Source: a virus
Strand: one strand, 5' to 3'
Length of the DNA: 64,000 nt
Virus record (IMG/VR): IMGVR_UViG_3300021061_000001
A program made the translations under genes and the position numbers. Below the pieces are notes generated by a model that had not been told where the DNA came from, did not search any database, and saw only the letters and a program-made list of their open reading frames with translations. This document shows positions 58,590 to 64,000 of this stretch, one piece after another. Position 1 is the first letter of the stretch. Each line of letters starts with the position of its first letter.

Positions 58590-61500
58590 GTGGCCGATAA
58601 TGTCCAGCTCAACTCGGGAAGCGGCGGCGCTACCGTCCGCACGCTGGAGGACGGCTCCTCCATCCAGTGGCCGGCCGGGGTGTGTGCCTACGCCATCTCG
58701 GTCGGCACGCCCGACGTGCTCCAGATCGTCACCCTGGCCAACGGTCTGCCGGTCCAGCCCGGCACCTCGACCACCTGGACCGTGGTCAACAGCGGCACCT
58801 TCGCGGTCCAGGCCGCCCAATCGGGAACCTGGACCGTCCAGCCTGGTAACACCGCCAACACGACCCCATGGCTCGTCTCCATCCACGACGGCACCAACAA
58901 GGCGTCCGTCCGCGACCTGGGCTCCAGCGATGCCCTCAACGTCGCCATCTGCGATGGGTCCGGCAACCAGATCACCTCGTTCGGCGGCGGCACCCAATAC
59001 ACCGAAGGGGACACGGACACCACCATCACCGGCACGGCGATGATGTGGGAGGATGCGTCCGACACCCTGAGAGCCGTGTCGGCATCCAAACCGCTGCCGG
59101 TCGGAGACGCGGGCGGCTCCCTGACCGTGGACAACGCCGGCACCTTTGCCGTGCAGGCGGCCCAGAGCGGCACCTGGAACATCACGAACATCTCGGGCAC
59201 GGTCAGCCTGCCCACCGGGGCGGCCACCGCCGCCAAGCAGCCCGCTCTGGGCACCGCAGGAACCGCCTCCAGCGATGTCATCACCGTGCAGGGCATCGCC
59301 TCGATGACGCCCGTGCAGGTCAGCCAGGCCACGGCCTCGAACCTGAACGCCACCGTGGTCGGGACCGGCACCTTTGCCGTGCAGGTGACGAGCCTGCCCG
59401 CCTCCACCAGCACGATCGAGGTGGTCGGCGATGCGGCCCACGATGCCGCGGCAGCCGGCAATCCCCTGCTCCTGGGCGGCTACGCTTCCGCTGCGGCTCC
59501 TTCCGACGTGTCCGCCGATGGCGATGCGGTCAGACTGTGGGCTCTGCGAAACGGCGCCTTGGCGGTCAACGTCACCGCGGCCGGAGCGCTGGTTGGCGGG
59601 GACGCGACGAACGGCCTGGACGTGGATGTGACCCGCGTGCAGGGGAGCGTCACGGTCGCTCAAGCCACTGCAGGCAACTTGAACGCCACCGTCGTGGGAA
59701 CCGGCACCTTCGCGGTACAGGCCGCGCAGAGCGGGACCTGGAATGTGGCCACCGTCACCAACATCACGGGCGGCAGCACGGCCCACGACGCGGCTGCTGG
59801 CTCGGTCAACCCGCTCCTTCTGGGCGGCTATGCGTCGGCGGCAGCCCCGACCTCCGTCTCGGCGGACGGGGACGCGGTGCAGGCGTGGTTTCTCCGCAAC
59901 GGGGCGCAGGCGACTGTCATCACGGCGGCCGGGGCCTTGATCGGTGGGGACGCCACCAATGGCCTGGACGTGGACGTGACGCGGGTCAAGCCCGATGGCA
60001 CGAACACGATGCCCTCTCTCGACACAGCAGGCCGGGCAGGGTTCGTGAAGGTGACGGACGGCACGACCACCTCCACCGTCCTGAGCCTGTCCAATTCCAA
60101 CGCCCTGGTGGCGGCGATCGTGGACGGCTCGGGCAACCAGATCACCAGCTTCGGCGGCGGAACGCAGTACACCGAAGATGCCGCGGCAGCCGCCAACCCG
60201 GTCGGCACCGTGCCGATCCTGGTCCGCGCCGACACCCCGGCCGGGGCTGTCTCGGCCGACGGCGACAACATCGCCCAGCGTGGCTCGAACTATGGCGCTG
60301 CTTACGTGACGCTGGTGGACTCGGGCGGCAACTTCGTCTCGGTCGGGGGCGGCACGCAGTACACCGAGGACGCGGCGGCGGCGGCCAACCCGATCGGCAA
60401 CGCTCTGATGATGGTGCGGGCCGACTCGCTGGCCGGATTGGTGTCGGCCGACGGCGATAATGTGGCGGCGCGCGGCACCGACAAGGGCGAGTTGTACGTC
60501 AAGCACGCCGACACCATCGCGGCCACGCAGTCGGGCACCTGGAACGTCGGCGCGATCTCCACCTCGATAACTCCCGGCACCGGGGCCACGCATCTGGGCA
60601 AGGCCGAGGATGCGGCCCACTCCTCCGGGGATGTGGGGGTGATGGTGCTGACCGTGCGGCAGGACACGGCCACGGCCCTGTCGGGCACCGACGGGGACTA
60701 TCAACCGCTCATCACCGACGCCAACGGCAAATTGCACGTCATCGTCGGCAACACGGTGGCGGTGGGCCAGGCCGGGGCGACCAACATCGCCAAGGCCGAG
60801 GATACCGCTTTCGCCAACGCCGACGTGGGCGCGGCCGTGATGGCGGTCAGGCAGGACACCCCCGGCAACACCTCCGGGGCGGACGGGGACTACGAGTTCC
60901 TGCAAATCTCGGGCGGCAGGTTATGGACCTCCACCACGGTCACGTCGCTCCCGGCTTCCACGAACACGATCGAAGTGGTAGGTGACGCGGCCCACGACGC
61001 CGCCGCCGCTGGCAACCCCCTCCTGATGGGAGGCTACGCCAAGGCGGCTGCTCCCACGGACGTGTCCGCCGACGGCGATGCGGTCAATGCCTGGTTCTTG
61101 AGGAACGGGGCCCAGGCGACAGTCATCACGGCCGCTGGCGCTCTCATAGGCGGCGATGCCACGAACGGCTTGGATGTGGACGTGACGCGGGTCCAGGGTA
61201 GCGTCACGGTCGCTCAGGCGACGGCCGGCAACCTGAACGCTACGGTGGTCGGCACAGGCACGTTCGCGACTCAAGTTACGGGCGATGCTCTGACGGCTCT
61301 CCAGCTCATCGACAACATCGTCTCCAACATCGACACGGCGACCGGCGGCACCAATGCCGGCGTCGTCGCTCTGGCCACTCGCGATGATGCTCTCTCGACC
61401 CTGACGCCTGCCGAGGGGGATAATGTCCAGCTTCGGGTGGACGCCAACGGGGCCTTGTGGACGGTCGTGTCTGGCACCGTCACGGTCGGTTCCCATAACG

Positions 61501-62423
61501 TCACGAACGCCGGCACCTTTGCCGTGCAGGTCACGTCTTTGCCAGCTTCGACCAACACCATCGAGGTTGTGGGGGATGCGGCTCACGATGCGGCAGCGGC
61601 CGGCAATCCGATCCTGATGGGTGGCTACTCGAAAGCCGCCGCCCCCGCTGACACCTCGGCCGATGGCGATGCAGTCAATGCGTGGTTCCTCCGTAACGGC
61701 GCCCAGGCGGTCAACGTGACGGCGGCGGGAGCCCTCATTGGCGGGGACGCCACCAACGGGCTCGACGTTGATGTTACGCGCGTTCAGGGCAGCGTCACGG
61801 TGGCCCAGGCCACGGCCGGGAACCTCAATGCGACCGTGGTCGGGACAGGAACCTTTGCCGTGCAGGTCGATGGCTCGGCCCTGACGGCTCTGCAACTGAT
61901 CGACGACACGATCTTTGCCGACGACGCCGCGTTCACGCCGGCAAGCTCGAAGGTGTCCGCGATCGGCTGCCTGGCGGACGAGTCCTCGACCGATTCGGTG
62001 GATGAAGGCGACATCGGTATCCCGCGCATGACGCTGGACCGCAAGCAGCACGTCGTTGCCGAGACGGAGGGGGCCACGATCCGCGAGTCGGGCACGGCCT
62101 TGACCGTGAAGCGGGCGCCGTTCGGCGTGGCCTCCTCGGGGGAGAACACGCTGGTGGCCGCCGTCGCATCGAAGAAGATTCGCGTCTTGTCCCTGGCCAT
62201 CATCGCGGCTGGCGCGGTCAACGTGTACTTCAACAATGCGACGGATGGAGCCGTGTTCGGGCACGCGACCAACAAGATCACGCTGGATGCGGGCGGGGCC
62301 GGGTTCGTGTTGCCGCACAACCCGCACGGATGGTTCCAGACCGGCACGAACAACGAAGCACTACGGATCAACCTGTCCGGCGCCGTGGCGGTGTCGGGCG
62401 GGTTGACTTACGTCGAGGTCTAG
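58590..62423 (+). CDS. Giant repetitive fibre/spike-like virion protein (1277 aa, GTG start)
   Basis: Multiple ~100-aa modules (IEVVGDAAHDAAAAGNP..SADGDAV..NGLDVDVTRVQGSVTVAQATAGNLNATVVGTGTFAVQ) plus FGGGTQYTE units, ending in a distinct C-terminal beta domain. Confidence 0.8.
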   Translation: MADNVQLNSGSGGATVRTLEDGSSIQWPAGVCAYAISVGTPDVLQIVTLANGLPVQPGTSTTWTVVNSGTFAVQAAQSGTWTVQPGNTANTTPWLVSIHDGTNKASVRDLGSSDALNVAICDGSGNQITSFGGGTQYTEGDTDTTITGTAMMWEDASDTLRAVSASKPLPVGDAGGSLTVDNAGTFAVQAAQSGTWNITNISGTVSLPTGAATAAKQPALGTAGTASSDVITVQGIASMTPVQVSQATASNLNATVVGTGTFAVQVTSLPASTSTIEVVGDAAHDAAAAGNPLLLGGYASAAAPSDVSADGDAVRLWALRNGALAVNVTAAGALVGGDATNGLDVDVTRVQGSVTVAQATAGNLNATVVGTGTFAVQAAQSGTWNVATVTNITGGSTAHDAAAGSVNPLLLGGYASAAAPTSVSADGDAVQAWFLRNGAQATVITAAGALIGGDATNGLDVDVTRVKPDGTNTMPSLDTAGRAGFVKVTDGTTTSTVLSLSNSNALVAAIVDGSGNQITSFGGGTQYTEDAAAAANPVGTVPILVRADTPAGAVSADGDNIAQRGSNYGAAYVTLVDSGGNFVSVGGGTQYTEDAAAAANPIGNALMMVRADSLAGLVSADGDNVAARGTDKGELYVKHADTIAATQSGTWNVGAISTSITPGTGATHLGKAEDAAHSSGDVGVMVLTVRQDTATALSGTDGDYQPLITDANGKLHVIVGNTVAVGQAGATNIAKAEDTAFANADVGAAVMAVRQDTPGNTSGADGDYEFLQISGGRLWTSTTVTSLPASTNTIEVVGDAAHDAAAAGNPLLMGGYAKAAAPTDVSADGDAVNAWFLRNGAQATVITAAGALIGGDATNGLDVDVTRVQGSVTVAQATAGNLNATVVGTGTFATQVTGDALTALQLIDNIVSNIDTATGGTNAGVVALATRDDALSTLTPAEGDNVQLRVDANGALWTVVSGTVTVGSHNVTNAGTFAVQVTSLPASTNTIEVVGDAAHDAAAAGNPILMGGYSKAAAPADTSADGDAVNAWFLRNGAQAVNVTAAGALIGGDATNGLDVDVTRVQGSVTVAQATAGNLNATVVGTGTFAVQVDGSALTALQLIDDTIFADDAAFTPASSKVSAIGCLADESSTDSVDEGDIGIPRMTLDRKQHVVAETEGATIRESGTALTVKRAPFGVASSGENTLVAAVASKKIRVLSLAIIAAGAVNVYFNNATDGAVFGHATNKITLDAGGAGFVLPHNPHGWFQTGTNNEALRINLSGAVAVSGGLTYVEV
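59415..61862 (+). repeat. Dispersed ~300-bp coding repeats within the giant gene
   Basis: Near-identical units start at 59415, 60969 and 61560, with a partial unit at ~59775-59987. Confidence 0.85.
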
Positions 62424-62426
62424 TAG

Positions 62427-63710
62427 GTGGCATCATCGAAGGTATCAGCGCTGACCGAGCTGTCGGTTCCCGACCTGGCGGACATCGCCTACATCGTGGA
62501 CGATCCTGCGGGCACGCCCTTGAGCCGCAAGATTTCGCTGAACCGTCTGCTGGCCATCTACCAAACGTGCGAAGGGCGCCTGACGCTGGCGACGGGCGAG
62601 TCGATTTACAACAAGAGCACGCCATTAACCCCAAGCGCGGCGAACGCGACGACGGACATAGTGACCTTCGCCTCGGCGCATGGCTGGGCGACTGGAACCG
62701 TGGTGATCCCGCAGGGCACCGGCATTGCTGGCTTGTCGGCGCTCACGACGTATTATGTCCGCTCTCAGTCGAGTACCACGATCAGCCTTCATACGACGGC
62801 ATCGCTCGCCCATATAGACGGCGCGAAGGTTGACATCACCAGCAGCACGCTCACGACGGCATCCGGGATAACCATTCGCCCACTTGGCATTGCCAGCGTC
62901 AACCTTTACTTCACGCCGCACGACGGCAACAAGATTGCCCTCTACGACGGCACACGCTGGAAGGTGTACGCCTTCACCGAGCGCACCTTGGACCTGTCTG
63001 CGGCGGTCGGCGGCGGCAACATGACCGCCGACCGCAACTACGACGTGTTCCTCTACGACAACTCGGGCACCCTCACGCTCGAACTGTCTGCTGCATGGAA
63101 CGCGGATGGCGTGACCAGGACGGACGCCCTGACGACGCAGGACGGGGTGATCGTCAAGTCGGGGGCCGCGACACGGAGGTGGCTCGGCATCATCCGGGCC
63201 ACGTCGGCCACGACAACCGAGGACAGCGAGTTTCAGCGCTTCGTGCTCAACGGCTACAACCAGTATCCCAGGCAGTCTTTTCGCTGCCCAGGTTATATCA
63301 ACAACGGCGCAAACTTTAGCTACAGTCATGCGGCGTCCGGTGGCGCGGCCAGTGGCTGGACCAGAGCCAACAACGGCAACGGCAGCCGCATCGCCTATCT
63401 TTCGGACGGTCGCAACCCCTACCGCGTCGGCTTTCACGCCAACGCCAGCAACACGTTTCGCACGGGAATTGCCGAGGACTGGACATCGAACACCTCACCG
63501 CCGCCGAACATCGTCGCCAGCGCTGCGGCGACGACGAACCAATCGGCGGACGGCAGCCATTCGAGCCGTCAGAGCGAAGGCTATCACTACCTGGATCTGA
63601 TGGTCTGGGCTTCGGCAACGGCAACGACGTATGTGGCGGACAACGCGCGAGGGACCACCGCCCTGATGGACACCCCGGTCACTTACATCGAAGCGATGAT
63701 CATGACATAG
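62427..63710 (+). CDS. Tail-fibre-like protein (GTG start)
   Basis: The N-terminal LTELSVPDLADIAYIVDDPAGTPLSRKISLNRLL anchor motif is shared with the next gene. The rest is beta-rich. Confidence 0.75.
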   Translation: MASSKVSALTELSVPDLADIAYIVDDPAGTPLSRKISLNRLLAIYQTCEGRLTLATGESIYNKSTPLTPSAANATTDIVTFASAHGWATGTVVIPQGTGIAGLSALTTYYVRSQSSTTISLHTTASLAHIDGAKVDITSSTLTTASGITIRPLGIASVNLYFTPHDGNKIALYDGTRWKVYAFTERTLDLSAAVGGGNMTADRNYDVFLYDNSGTLTLELSAAWNADGVTRTDALTTQDGVIVKSGAATRRWLGIIRATSATTTEDSEFQRFVLNGYNQYPRQSFRCPGYINNGANFSYSHAASGGAASGWTRANNGNGSRIAYLSDGRNPYRVGFHANASNTFRTGIAEDWTSNTSPPPNIVASAAATTNQSADGSHSSRQSEGYHYLDLMVWASATATTYVADNARGTTALMDTPVTYIEAMIMT

Positions 63711-63718
63711 GAGCGGCC

Positions 63719-64000
63719 GTGCCTTCGAGGTTGATGCTTTCTGGGGTTGGCTCTCGCGCGGCGGCTGCCGCGACGGGCGCTCTTTTGCAAGAGCCGTCCG
63801 GGGATGCGCTGCTGCTCGAAACGGGCGGCACGGACGAAATCAGGTTGGAGTCTGGATCAAGTAGCGATCTGACCGACCTCACCGAACTGTCGGTTCCCGA
63901 CCTGGCCGACATGATCTACGTTGTGGACGATCCGGCTGGCACGCCTCTGTCGCGCAAGATGTCCTTGAACAGGCTTCTCGGTCTGCGGCAGTCGGTCTGC
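63719..64000 (+). CDS. Second tail-fibre-like protein (3' end outside window)
   Basis: GTG 63719 opens a frame that runs to the window edge. It contains LTELSVPDLADMIYVVDDPAGTPLSRKMSLNRLL. Confidence 0.6.
   Translation, partial: MPSRLMLSGVGSRAAAAATGALLQEPSGDALLLETGGTDEIRLESGSSSDLTDLTELSVPDLADMIYVVDDPAGTPLSRKMSLNRLLGLRQSVC

Larger units (their letters stand above)
1..64000. mobile_element. Tailed-phage / prophage genome segment (two late structural arms flanking a leftward early arm with an embedded integrase island)
   Basis: Terminase, portal, capsid, fibre-like genes, RusA, integrase and dozens of small overlapping ORFs. No housekeeping genes anywhere in the window. Confidence 0.9.

Noticed and set aside
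56997-60905. 1302-aa minus-strand ORF (and 60921..62327 -) antisense to the giant fibre gene
   Set aside because: This is a typical high-GC antisense artefact. It is Arg/Gly/Val/Asp-rich with no RBS and lies entirely within a + strand gene that has clear repeat architecture and operon context.
1-64000. Diversity-generating retroelement behind the fibre paralogs, and tRNA or other RNA genes
   Set aside because: I found no reverse-transcriptase motif (YxDD context) in any ORF and no template/variable repeat pair with adenine-specific differences. No T-loop-like GGTTCGAATCC-type sequence or cloverleaf candidate was spotted by eye. A tRNAscan or covariance search would be needed to be sure.

Overview
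High-GC (about two-thirds G+C by eye), gene-dense DNA that is phage-like from end to end. I read it as most of a temperate tailed-phage genome or prophage. No tape-measure, sheath or tube gene is recognisable, so a short-tailed virion is plausible, but that is inference only. Layout: (i) 1-17.8 kb, + strand: three paralogous receptor-binding-type genes, adaptor/tail-like proteins, a LamG-domain protein, and large low-complexity internal-virion-type proteins. Each gap in this arm holds a small antisense ORF. (ii) 17.7-42.4 kb, - strand: about 55 mostly small, translationally coupled early genes. These include RusA, a PD-(D/E)XK exonuclease, a replication organiser plus G39P-like loader, a DUF932-like protein, HNH nucleases, SWIM, RHH and LuxR-type HTH proteins, and a Gly/Tyr/Asn/Asp-repeat protein. 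Several look decayed: a methyltransferase C-terminal region, a PAPS-reductase tail and a homing-endonuclease remnant. (iii) 31.2-33.3 kb: a + strand island inside that arm, with a tyrosine integrase, two XRE-type HTH genes and palindromic operators. (iv) 42.4-42.8 kb: a divergent control region whose rightward promoter-like site is followed about 190 nt later by a strong intrinsic terminator just before the late genes. (v) 42.8-64 kb, + strand: scaffold-like and major capsid genes, a decoration-like gene, an FkbM methyltransferase plus GT-A glycosyltransferase, a cluster with a complete CheY-type receiver, a papain-like peptidase and membrane or secreted proteins, then terminase, portal and very repetitive fibre-like proteins. 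I saw no rRNA, tRNA, CRISPR array or reverse transcriptase. All family names come from motif recognition by eye and were not checked against databases. Start codons were chosen from Shine-Dalgarno-like sequences and stop/start overlaps, and many remain uncertain.
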